64,000 nt of DNA from Tubulanus polymorphus (taxonomy: Eukaryota > Animalia > Nemertea): assembly GCF_964204645.1 (NCBI RefSeq), contig NC_134027.1:9332485-9396484 (forward strand), written 5' to 3'. This document shows, one piece after another, positions 23,901 through 35,900 of this stretch. Every line of letters begins with the position of its first letter. The stretch's first letter is position 1. The translations under genes and the position numbers were made by a program. Below the pieces are notes generated by a model. The model was not told where the DNA came from. It did not search any database and was given only the letters and a program-made list of their open reading frames with translations.

Positions 23901-26292
23901 CCTTGTTCCAGTATGATACAAGAAGTCCACTCGAATAATGGCTTTTCATTTTGAGACAAAATCCTATATATTTACACCAGTTATATTACAGAAATTATAT
24001 AACAGGACAGTTACATGCATAAAAATGGGCATTCTAAGACAGTCTCAGTAAGATTAATGACAAGCGTCGGACTGCAAAACTTACAAATTACAAATTTACT
24101 ATTCAATCAAACCATGATCATATAGGCCTAAGTTATCATTCTCCAAAGCTGCTCATTTCTAAAGCCGCGATTGAACGGACACGATTTGGCCCTGGCCAAA
24201 TTGGCACATTGGCCCGGGCCAAAAATGCTCGTTTGATCGCAGCTTAAATCAATAGTGTCTACTACAAACCATCTCATACTGCTAGCATATATCATTTCAC
24301 TGATATTTATTGATACAATGATTACTGATAGATTATTGCGAAACTATAGGCCTACTGTAAACCCTCTTTTCATATCACCGGTTTATTTTCGAAAAAAACC
24401 TACGTTACCGATGACTTGAAAAGTAGGGAAAGGGTTAAGTATCATTATTAAATGAGATAAAAGGTCCACAGATGTACCAGGCACTTTTAGCTTTTAACTA
24501 TTGGACAAAATTCTATTGATCCGACTACGCATTAGCAATGTTTCAACAACACTTAACGTCTGGAGGAGTCATGTATTATTAGTTTCTGGCCTACCATATT
24601 AACCAGTAGCCATTAAAGATTTGAAATTTGTTTCAGTCCTGTGAACCATAGAATAATACCTTAAAGTTATCTAGGCTAATGGATTTATGGAACAGAAAAG
24701 AAGGCCTATAACTGTAACTATTGTAACCTGACATATCTAAAAACATGTTTTGATCGACGGTACTTATACTACATGGTACTTATACTACACGCATAGGGGA
24801 CACAACGCAGATGCCATTAGCAAAAAATTCCTGTTTGGCTTCAAAAAAGTATAAGCTAATACCAAAAGCTTGCCTATTTCCGGTTGTTGACATAAAAAAC
24901 CTCCAGATTAAGGTGCTTAAAAACGATTAACAATTTACTTGTCTGGTATTTGCAACAAAAGCTACTTTACAGGCTAAATCTATCGTTCCATGGTATGAAT
25001 TTTGAGGCGAAAAACTTTCATCCTAATGTACTTGATACCAAAATACATTCGTTGATATCCATATGGAGGCTGCCTGTGGGAGGGCCTGTCAGAATCAGTC
25101 TAAAATCATGGGCAGAGCTAGGAAGTACGCTAAAATATGATCAGTTCCCCAATTGGCATAATGCGGACTTCCCAGTTAACAATGCAGTAAATCAAGCAGA
25201 TTCTGGTCTTAAATGACAGTGGTTTACAAAACTGCAGTCAGTGCCTGTGGTCTGTAGTATCATAACGGTAGTAAAAGTGAGTTGATGGTCCATTTCTGCA
25301 TATACATTTATGGCACTGCTCTGTTAATGGTCAATTATACACTAGGCTTCACTGAAGTCTGAACTCAATTCATTCCTGATCACCAACCTCAGTAGTTCAG
25401 TGAGATGAGGTGTGATGCTGTTGCATCCACTAGTGACTGAGTGACAAAGTGACAAGTGGATTCAAGTCCTGCTGGCTGTTTACAATGTGCATGCAGCCAA
25501 CACTTCAAAGGCCTTCCCATCGCGAGGTTAAATGAATAATCCAATAGGGTAAGTATTGGAAAACCAAGATCCAACCGTAAAGCCAAAGAAACAAACAAAC
25601 AAACCAGTGGCAGCAGAAACATACCAGCATGTGTTATAAATGGAAAACTTAAAGCCAGGATTTCAAATCAACTAGGCCTAAATCTAAGCACATAGTCTCC
25701 CTGGGTTGCATTTTCCTAATCTGACCGGACCTACTTTATGTAAATCGGTATGACTGCAGTTTAGGTGTCCCTAATGGTATGTACCTAACCTTACCATAAC
25801 ACTATTCTTTAATAACACTAGCGCCACCCAGTGGATAGGTGACCCAAACTGCAGTTAGACCAATATCTAAAAATGCACAAATGCCAAATATTCAACCGGT
25901 ATGGCAGTAGGTCTAGTAAGTGTGGAAACTGTTGTAGTGACTAATTCATGAAATCTTACCCGGTCATCTTTATTACCAAGATGACCAATTTTATCATCGA
26001 TTTTGCTGGCAAGATGATAAGAAGATAAGATGACCTGAAAATGATAAAAAAGAGCATTTTTGTCGGCAATTTATCCTACCTTTAAATATTTGACAGGTAC
26101 ATATCCTACGGCGTTATCTTTGAGCGCACGAGCTCCCCACCATACTTTATTCTCTTGTTCGAGCACTTCAAATTTGTCTCCTTTGGAAAAGCTGAGCGCA
26201 TTTGCACAGCCACCACCAGCACTGGCAGGTCCATTTTTCGACGACGACGACGGCGCTTTGAAAGACGACACCGCTTTGTAAACTTCCATCAT
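15491..26292 (-). CDS. FAM107: SH3 domain + Ser/Pro-repeat + FAM107 (DUF1151) protein, ~544 aa with all 7 exons
   Basis: Exons 26292-26080 (SH3: YKAVSSF..LSFSKGDKFEVLEQENKVWWGAR..GYVPVKYL), 23515-23471, 20267-20201, 19489-18686 (Ser/Pro-rich), 16721-16538 (LIEPKKLPNPCAESKDHQELHRQLL), 16015-15862 (NQKTELQLKMEKRR..ELEKQANKI), 15658-15491 (PEFFKIHAKIR); phases 0,0,1,1,2,0; 1635 nt ending TGA. The FAM107 part is confident; linkage to SH3 is inferred from phase-compatible exons. Confidence 0.8.
17883..17963. repeat. (AT)n microsatellite, ~40 units
   Basis: Perfect dinucleotide run read directly. Confidence 0.98.
18770..19050 (-). repeat. Coding tandem repeat (~30-36 bp unit) encoding SPV/LPP(L/M)SPR-type peptides
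   Basis: Repeated plus-strand words CTCGGGCTCAAAGGAGGGACAGGACTG and variants; translation SPRNISSPVPPLSPRNYSPVPSFSPRNISSPVPPMSPRTHSPLPPLS... Confidence 0.85.
19685..19840. mobile_element. Degenerate copy of the 8620-type MITE
   Basis: Begins TAGTAGAACTCGCTTAATTCGGAT and ends CATTACTG|TA, matching the termini of 8620-8793. Confidence 0.6.
20780..20900. mobile_element. Fragment of a CAGGG-terminated DNA element family (related copy at ~51598-51910)
   Basis: Both end in AAACCTGTAAGAACCCTG and share TTTCCATAGCTTTT / AAAAGCTATGGAAA subrepeats. Confidence 0.5.
23038..23340. repeat. Imperfect tandem duplication, two ~135-bp units spaced ~165 bp apart
   Basis: GACACTAAT(C/T)GCTGACAGTT...TAGCTCAATAC(C/G)GAGGCAGCATGGACAA...TTTACCATTCC..TTCTGAAAG..TGTGAAT at ~23038-23170 and ~23204-23340. 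Confidence 0.85.
24163..24244. mobile_element. PIF/Harbinger-like MITE (TAA target duplication)
   Basis: TAA|AGCCGCGATTGAACG ... CGTTTGATCGCAGCT|TAA with internal GGCCAAATTGGC / GGCCCGGGCCAAA; relatives at ~31620-31872 and 35082-35270. Confidence 0.65.
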
Positions 26293-26982
26293 TAAAATAT
26301 GTCTTCAATTTTCTTCCGTTTGTTAAAAACGACGGTAAACCGCAGTTCCCTCCACTCGATTACCGGGATGTATTTCAGTTAGACATCTTAAACATTGCAG
26401 CAATACTTTACCATACTTTAACCAGGAAGTGAAAGAGTGAAATCTGATCAAAATGATAAAGTAGATGGCAGCATGTATCGGCCATTTTAGAAAGGGTGGC
26501 TCCTAGAATATCCAATTTGAGGCATCCATATGGTTCACCCAGCACTGGCAGGGGTTGTCTCCACCAGCGATCTCCGTCGCTCTATGATCCTAGGGTACAT
26601 CAGACACTAAGATTCTTGGTGAACCATATGGCAGCCTATATGTTGAGTTTCCAAGATTTTCCCACGCGTCCTGATATGCTCATTTGTAGCATTGATTGAT
26701 AAGATTTGGTCACAATAAAAAATACATCGCTTTAAGAGCTCAGTTAAGAAACATTTTGGCTGATGCAATCGCACCAACCATTGCGTGCGTAGTAACGTAG
26801 TAAATAGTAATTCACGAATGAATGGCTACCGCGAGGAGTTCATTCATAAAAACCTCGACCAATGAAATCGTGGCAATTTGGGTGGGTCATCAAACGACTG
26901 TATCGATTGGCTGAATGCCGATCTACGTCATCGTCAGTTGTAAATAGATGCACGCGCCATTGAGGGAATCGTCCACATCAAA
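26293..26982. promoter_or_regulatory. Bidirectional promoter region between SH3-FAM107 and SLC7
   Basis: Divergent ATGs 690 bp apart; CAGGAAGTG (ETS-like) ~26423, GCCATTTT (YY1-like) ~26481, TGATGCAAT (C/EBP-ATF element) 26761-26769, CCAAT ~26859, ATTGG ~26906, TACGTCA (CRE-like) ~26924. Confidence 0.6.
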
Positions 26983-29900
26983 ATGGCGAGCGACGCAGTG
27001 GAGAAGCGGCGTGATTCGAAAAAATCAGCTACCGATTCTGCGGTTCACGACGGAAACGCCGTGCGATTAAAACCGAAAATCACCCTGGTCAATGGAGTAG
27101 CTTTGGTCGTCGGTACAATCATCGGATCCGGGATTTTCTTGACGCCGAAAGGAGTTCTTGATGGAGCCGGTAGTGTAAGTGTTCAAACAAACCAAAGTAC
27201 AATTCAATTAAGGATATTTGAGTTGATTATATAATAATTACAATAATTTTGAAAAATTCAGTTGATAGGAGATCTAAATAGTCCCTATAGCCTACTTTAC
27301 AAATAAGCCAGCATTATTCAAAGTTTCCACGCAACATTTATTTTTGGCATACAATAATAGATAAGATAGCTGGGACATACTCCGCGCGTAGGCGTAGTGA
27401 CCGGTATTTTATAATTCCCCATGATCAGTGTTTGTGTTAATTACAACAAATTGTTCTACGCAAATTTGCTTTAATGTTAAGAATGGGCCTATTCTTATTC
27501 TCATTCTCTATACCAGGAGGAATAAAGGATAGGCAAAGGTCAAACAGAGCCTAACAAACCATATAAAAGATACCAGCTTTGAAGTCAATCGATCCTTGTT
27601 ACAAGAGCTTGTTACACATTAGCATGATGCAATCACCTCTCTAGCTTCAGCAGTACAGTAGAAGGGAATCGAATATTATTGGAGATAATCAATCTTGCTT
27701 TGTGGTTTAAAAGTTACTTAATTTGAGGCCACACCAAAATTGTTCATTTTCTCAGCAGTAAGGATGAATATTTAAAAGTTTTCTTTTAATTGTGCTAGTT
27801 AGTTTGGGCAAAGTTCCTTAAGTTTTCCAAGCATCAATGGTCGATGCAAAAACGGTCAAGTCAGCAATCGACGGACAAAACCAATTCTATTAGGCCTACA
27901 AATATATTTCAATAACAAAGAATGTAGGCCGATTAGAATTGGATATTGGCTCCCAAGAGCTTACTTCTCGACCAACTTCAGTAGACTAATTTAATATAGA
28001 CCCCACAAACCTTTTAATAATGATAATTAATGTTTTATACAGCGCATAATCCAGCATTTAAAAACTGATCACAGGGCTTCACATGATAAAAGCCTAAAGA
28101 GCAATTTTAAAAGTTGGCCCCGAAGATCTCCAGAGATGTTTTAGACTAGAGCTCTCTGGGAAGCAGCTGATTCCACAGGCCTTTGATGGAAAAGCTTCAG
28201 GACCAAAATACTTTTTTCTGTCGTTTCAGGTTGGATTTTCGTTGATAATTTGGGCAGTATGCGGCGCGCTGTCCCTTCTCGGGGCTCTGTGTTACGCCGA
28301 ATTAGGTACAACGATTACGACTTCCGGTGGAGATTACATTTACATCATGGAAGCATTCGGCGGTTTGCCAGCATTTTTACAACTTTGGGTAAGTTGTTAT
28401 TTGATTCTTTCATTCATTTATTATTTCATCCTTTTATCGAGTCAGTATCCTTTTCTGTTAACGTCACGTAGGTTTGATTTTCTAAAACATTTTATCGCTT
28501 TTCTTAAGAAAGTTAATTTCAAATTGAACTTATCATTCGATTTATCTTTTGTCCAGGTGAATTTGATCGTTATAAGACCAACAGCTCAAGCGATTGTCGC
28601 CCTCGTGTTCGCCAACTACGCGTTAGTGCCATTTTTCCCTGGATGTGATCCTCCAGACATAGCTGCCCGCTTACTAGCTGCAATGTGTATATGTAAGTTT
28701 TAGGCATTGACAATAGAAGATTTAGTTGAACAAAAGCTCAGATCTTAGATGTTGTACACTTTAAGGCCCTACAATGTGACTAATTTATAATAAGCATGAA
28801 CAGGTCTAAGCCTATTTGTCTCTATGTGTTATTTATCTGCTAGTGTAGAGCATTAGGAGACGAATGTATGGTCAAGAGCTTCTACTTGGTAATAGTCAAT
28901 TGATTAACTGATTAGTTAAATTTGAAAAAAAACTTTAGTTAAAAGAGTTTATGATCCATGGTCTGGTCGATCTATTATGCGGGAGATAGTGAATGGCATG
29001 TAATGTTGGAGTAGGCCTAATGAATGAATAGCTCAAACAGACATTCAGACTGTAAGAACTAAAACCTTTGTTTGAACTTAATATAGCAGGCAATTTTTCC
29101 ATTGTAGCATTTCCTAACTATTGTCCCTTTATCACATCCCACTTATTAACTCTTACACTGTAACAAAAACATTTCTAGGGCCCCTATTATGAGATTTACT
29201 ATATAGACAAAAGCAAAACAAAAAAAATCTCAATAGGCTTATGTTGTGTTGATATGATTATACATAAATAAATTGTTTATTATCTTGCCTGACTTATGAA
29301 TTGAAATATCACGAAAGTAATTCAATCAATTTTCAAAAAGCTTTCACCAGTTTATGGGCATTAGTGGACCAAAATAATCTATATTTTTTAATGAGCCTTT
29401 TAAAAATCACAAGACTAAAAGATCAATCGCTAAGTTTAAGCACAGTGTACCTAGATTCCTTTGATAACCTCATGGACTTGGCACTGAATTTGTCAACTTT
29501 AGTTCCGTTTACCTTTTTAAAAGATACTTATCGTTAAAGAAATATTTACTCATGGACTATCGTTGATAATTGTACGTTTTAACAATCTGTTAAAATCTTG
29601 GTCGAACAATTGGTAGATTATTTTCTTAAATCTGCTTTATCTCAAGGAAACAATCTCTGAATTTGCTCTGTGAGTAACAATTGATTTCTTGAATTGAGCC
29701 TTCTCAATATCAATACTATCATGATCAATAAAATCAATAAACATTCATTCAGGTACCCAGTAACCAGGAAGCAACATTTCTGTGGACAACCATTCTTAAT
29801 TACTCCTTGCGATTATTACTCTAGATTCGGATACCGCGATACTTATGAAATGTCGAGCCTACAACAAAAATCTGTACATAGATATATGGGTTTTCCTTCC

Positions 29901-32900
29901 AAAATCATTGAAATCATTACGGCTTAGTTTTACAAACATCAGTGATATCGTTGTTCAAATTTAAGTAGTTTTGTCATGTTTCCTCAGTTTGGTTGTTAAA
30001 TATCCGGGTTTGATAAAATCTCAAAGTGGTTCGTTCTGTAGTGATTACTGTATTGACAAGATATGCAAAATGACACGGTAATCGTAGCATTGATGTGTTC
30101 TTTCTTATAGACAAATTTTCTTCCTTTGATAGTAGGAACTGTCGAATTAACTGCGAAAACCATATGAGGACCTTTGTATTTCATTCCTTTCGACAAAAAT
30201 CTTAGCTTCAAATTCAATAGCTTATGAGGAGCCATATGCCGAGGCTGATTTTCTGATATGTCATGTAAACCAATCAGGTCTGGACCATTGGATATTGGCA
30301 TTTGATGCGATCACTGTTGTGGCCTCAATTTCTATGCTAATTACTTGGCGTATGTGTTGATCTATCTGGTATTGACACCTACTACTCGGTTTTCTCTGGG
30401 TTGCCTGCTGTAAACGTGTCTTGTCTTCAGGGGTTCGGATTTTGCATTTACCAAAGCTTGCTATCATGAAGTTGGCGAAACCTCTTTGTTGTTCTCTTAA
30501 TCACATATTCTTACGTACATTCATGAAACATTTGAAATATAAATATGAATGATGAAATCAGTTTCTACAACGATACCAAATTTCGAATTTATCGCAGTTG
30601 TTTCATGAAGTCATGATTAAAGTAGATATTTTGATATCAGGGCAGATGGTTCTTCAAAGTCCATGTATACTTATTACAGATGTACTTGATAAAGAGGGTA
30701 TATCTGTCCCTTGCACTGGCTAACCAGACAGGCCATTGTTATCAAACTAAATTTGTCTAAATGCCTCTTCAAGTCGAGATGGGTCGATTTGCTTACCGTT
30801 AAATGATAATTGTAAGGCTTGATAAAATGACAGATTTTTTTCTGATATGCTAGGTCTGTTCGTGTGCATATTCCACCACCTGATACCTGAGCTATGAAAT
30901 ATGAACTAATTCGGTGTCATTTGGTGCGCCCCGATTGATAATAGAGTCATAGGGAGGTCATTAAGATTTATCAAATTGAATGCTCAGACTGATCATATGG
31001 AAGGATTACGTAGACATAAATGAAAAAAACTACCGCATATGAATAGCTTCAAGTGCTATATATATAATATATGTAAAAAGATCACTTAGCCAGACATCAA
31101 TTAAAAAGTAGGATGTGTGTTATGTTTGATACTAAAGCTGAGATGCAATAGTTGTAAGCATCAGAGTCGCCTCCCTTGTTTCGTGATTTATGTGGGCACT
31201 GGTAATAGCTGAATTTTAATCCTATTAAAGACATTTGGTAGTACAAAAAAGTAATGGCCTATTCAGTATCGAGCTAGGCCCATTTTGTCCCAGTCTGATA
31301 TTTAATACCATTTTTAACTACAACTACACGCTTTCTCATGACAAAAATTTAGTGAAGATGCTTTGAGAACATGCAAAGTTACCCTCGAACAACTTGAATA
31401 GCGGTACATTTATTTATAGAATAACCTCTTGAACCTGAAATTCAACCCATTCTCTATTAGAACACCACAAGACATATATCCATCAAATAGTTGTCGGAAT
31501 GTTTATTTCAGAATTACTTGAAGAATATAATAAGATGTTGTATATAGAGGTTCACGAGTCATCCAGAGTTCGAATATCTTTCTGCAAATAAGAAAACAAT
31601 ATCCGCAATCATATAGAGTTGATTTGGTCCAGCCCAAATTGGCCCGTATCAGGCCTAATAAGAGGGCACGTTCACTTGATACTAAACAATGCCGTGACAA
31701 AGCAAAGTTAATCAGCAAAGTTAATCGCAACTTTTTGACCCGTGCTGAAATTTGGTTCTGGCCTGTTTTTAAAAAATTTTTTTGGGTCGGGACTAATTTG
31801 GCGCAGGCTAAACAGGCACAGGCCCATTTGACACCTGTATGAATGGCCAAATGGCGTGTGTGATTGCGGCTATAGGATCCATTGCTAGAATTAGCTACCC
31901 CTCATGAAATGTTTAAGATTTTTAAAAAGGAAAATGCCTTGTAGCGAAGTGACGCTCATTTATTTTGTATGATACGGATTAATATAGCGTTGGAGTTTTT
32001 TTAGGTTTTTTATGGCAGTTTGAATTTATCCTGTGGCACTGTTCTTAAAGTTCCCTGGTTGAGATTTCTTCATATCATTAACAGGTATCCTAACGGCTAT
32101 AAATGCGATGAACGTGCGATGGGCGACACGAATTCAGGATCTGTTCACGGCTGCTAAATTACTAGCATTGGTAATACTTATAGGAACTGGGCTTGTAATG
32201 ATATGTATGGGTAAGTAATGGTGTTGGAGAAAGTTTGAATTCTGAGACGATGCCAAATTCTTTTGACAAATTTAATATGTGATAAACTGAAACATTTTGC
32301 TTGAAAATATGGGAAAAAAATCCACTGAATGAGAACATATGAAGGAAAAGTTTCCTCTAAGGAACTAGACGTATTGGCCCCACTCCGCGCGGTGGCGCCA
32401 CCCCGCGGGATTTAGGCGAAGCAGCAGAACACAAACACGGCCACTCTCTCAATTTTCAATGATAGAAATCGTGTGTGCATTTCAATTATTTCGGCTGTTA
32501 GGGTTTTAAGGCACAATATAAGTTGATGATGTGATATGGCAAAAACACTGAAATGTGCGTAGTTGCGTAACTATTTGCAGTGAATTGCAGACGGAACATG
32601 AAGCCTGAACGGCCGTTTAAAAAAAATTATACCAATCGCAATTGTAAAATAAAAATGAGATAGAACCTAAGTTAAAATTCTGGCCATTTCTAAAATGTTA
32701 TTAATTATTATTACTAATTTTTAGTCAGTGCGGAACGTTTAGTTTTCCAACAATAATGAGGGGTGGTAGGTAGTCATGCAATTCAAGTCATCATTTATTA
32801 CACGTTACTACCGTGTTGTTGAAAATCTCGCGAGTCCTGGACCAAACCCCAATGAACAATGTGATCTGTGTGCTGGCCACAAGTGTGCTGGCCACAAATG

Positions 32901-35900
32901 CACACAGATCACACTACACTACCCATTACACACTCCAGTACCCACAGCTTTCATATATCCATCCAAATATTAAGTGGCTTTCTTCCTGGGTTATACGTGT
33001 ATATGGACAACCAGAGTGGGTGGACAGATCTTATATTGCACAATGAGCCACCAACTGAAATTTTAACTGACCACCTTAGTTTTTGTAGATCTGTCTAGAC
33101 CGTGAAATATTCCACAAAGGGCAAATTTGCTCAGCTTAGTTTTATGGCAAGTGCAGTTCAGTAGACCGTTTTATCCATTCTGAATAAGATCTCCATTATT
33201 CAGACTATAGTCTAGTACCAAATGGCAAAAAAACGGACTGAAAAATTGGCCAATATGTTAGCTTTACATGAGATTGCAATGATTTCTGCAAAGGTTGGCT
33301 CTAATTTGGATGATGCAAAGCCACTGACTAAATCGTCAAAACCTCAAGTCAAAAGGGGCAGCTCCTATTTGATTTGTTCCTTTAAACTAAATGTTGTCCT
33401 GATGATTTTGTAGGACATACCCACTACTTTGAAAATGCTTTTGAGGGTACTACAACTGATGTTAAAAAGGCATCGCTGGCCCTCTACTCAGGATTATTTG
33501 CTTATGCTGGATGGTAAGTAGAGCTATTATTTGTACAATTAGTCTTCGCTGTAGCTTGAAATTTGATTATTGTTTTTTAACGTGTGGCTTTGTTGCTTTA
33601 ACGACATCATTTGGAACAATTGATGTAGCCGAATTTTAGCTGCGGCTACTCTGCTATTACTATACTACATTGTAAAACATGTGCTATAAATCTAATGAAC
33701 ATATTCAACCGCAGTTCTTCATCCTTACTGTGGATGACACTTCACACTTCTGAGACAACCAGACAAACAGAAGAAAGCATGTTCAAACTTTATTCAGCAT
33801 AGTAGACTGAAGACTACCTTATGTGGAATGACAAACCTAAGTTAAATTGTCATGCTTTCATACATTATTCCAGTCACAATAGGTTATTGCCGATTGTTAA
33901 AATAGTTCAGCTTTTTCCGTTATTCGTTAAACCCTCCAAAAGGCCAAATAAGTGCATTTCTTTATTCGAGAGTGTGTCCAACAAATGCTTGCATTTTTGG
34001 CCCATGCCATATTAGGCCAGGAACACCTGTTCACACCTGTGCCAAATCGTCTCTGCCGGTTTTTGACCATGAACGAACAAGTCAATACATATCAATCCTG
34101 TCTTCGACACTTACTTTGGTTGAATTTGCGAAAGTGAGTCTGGCAAGGAAATCAAACGGCGAAGAAAAACAATTCAACTTGTTGACCCTTAGTTCTTATC
34201 TGGCTATCCCTTAAACGGTTCGATCAGTGATCGCCACCAGACTAACGTGCAAACCTTTTAGGAGCTATAGCCTATGTATAAAAAGCTTTTTGAAATACAT
34301 TTTCATTTATACGACGGTACTCTGAAAGCTGAGGGTAAGAAAAAATTAGGGTGATAATATTTAAAGCCACATCAAAGCCCTTAAAGCCCTTAGGGCTTCT
34401 TGTTTTATGATATCTCATGTAATATAGAAAATGTTTAACCACTTAAGTGAATTGTTGTGGAAGTGATATGAATGACGAATTGCCTTCATTTGCTGAAGTA
34501 TGGTAAAGTAGGCTGTTGTGGAAGATTTTCTGAAAATTTCGTCTCAAGGTTGTTGGTTTATGTTTCATTTCAATGCGGTTAGGTTTCACAATATTCTGCG
34601 TAATCTTTCTCGCAACATGTCTAGAAAGCTACGCAAATTCTTGTTTAGACACTTAAAACTTTTTTGAAGGAAAGATTAATGATTGTTTTCCGATTGATAA
34701 GATGTATTGCACCTCTCCTGGTTAACGTGCCCATCATGAGCTAGTGAATTGCCAATTGAACCTGGCATTTTAAAAGTTTCTCAAATTCTGAGGAACTCTC
34801 TCTCTTTCGTTAACCAACTGCCATCAACAGAATCTATGTGTATGGTCATTGTAGTCTAGTAGTCTGATGTAATACATATATGACATTGTTGAATTTCAAA
34901 GATATACAGTTTATTTCAATATAATGAATGCCAGCTGGTGCTAAGTGTGTAGGTGATATTTAATATCCAAGGTGATATGTAAGCTGGTGCGAAACGTGAC
35001 TTCGTGACGCAATCTGATTGAACTACGTTACAGGATAAGACTTTGTTGATTTATTCATTTCATATTTTAGAACTCAGATGATAGCCGCAATCACACGAGC
35101 ATTTTTGGCCGAAAATATGACTTACTTCACTTAGTTTAAGCATTGTTGTTTAGTATGGAGTGAGTGGTTTACGTGTGAACAAGCTCTCTAAATGGGCCAA
35201 ATTTGACTCGGACCTGATCCGTGCCAATTTGGCCCGGGCCAAATCATCACCATATGGTTGATCACGGCTAGTATGAACTCTAGTCTCTCGTAGTGGGATT
35301 GATTTCCATATTAACTCATTTGAATCGTTGTTGATATGAAAATCGTCATGTGCTATAAAATACATCGACCTATCTTGCACACATTTTTGTATGCTTGACT
35401 TGAACACAGTCACACCGCAAAAACTGATTTATCTCTATAATCTTGTCATCTATTAGGAATCACATGACTGGCGATTATAAAAACTATGTTCGGCTTCGCG
35501 GGGAAGGCCATCAACGTTAATTGTGCTTTTTTTTTTAAATGACAAATGGAATCGTGAAATTTATGCGTTTTTGATCATAATCGCGAATGCCTCCGTAATT
35601 GGGGCGATTCATGTATCAATTTAGCGCTGCGCCGCAGGAGGAATTAGATAAATCAGTCTAGTGTTGGTTTTGATAATAAATTGTCGAGAGTAATTTGATC
35701 CAAAAGTTTACAGTAGTACATTTTCATATCTCGTGTTGTCTCAAGTTTATCTTCAAATTCACGTCAATGATAATTATTTCTGAATGATTAAGGTCGTCTC
35801 GTATCTTATCGTTAACTCAAAAACTTGTTGAGATAAAATCGTCACATTTGCATGTCAGGTGGTTTCGCGTGGCATGAAGATGAATTCGATGAATGCATTC

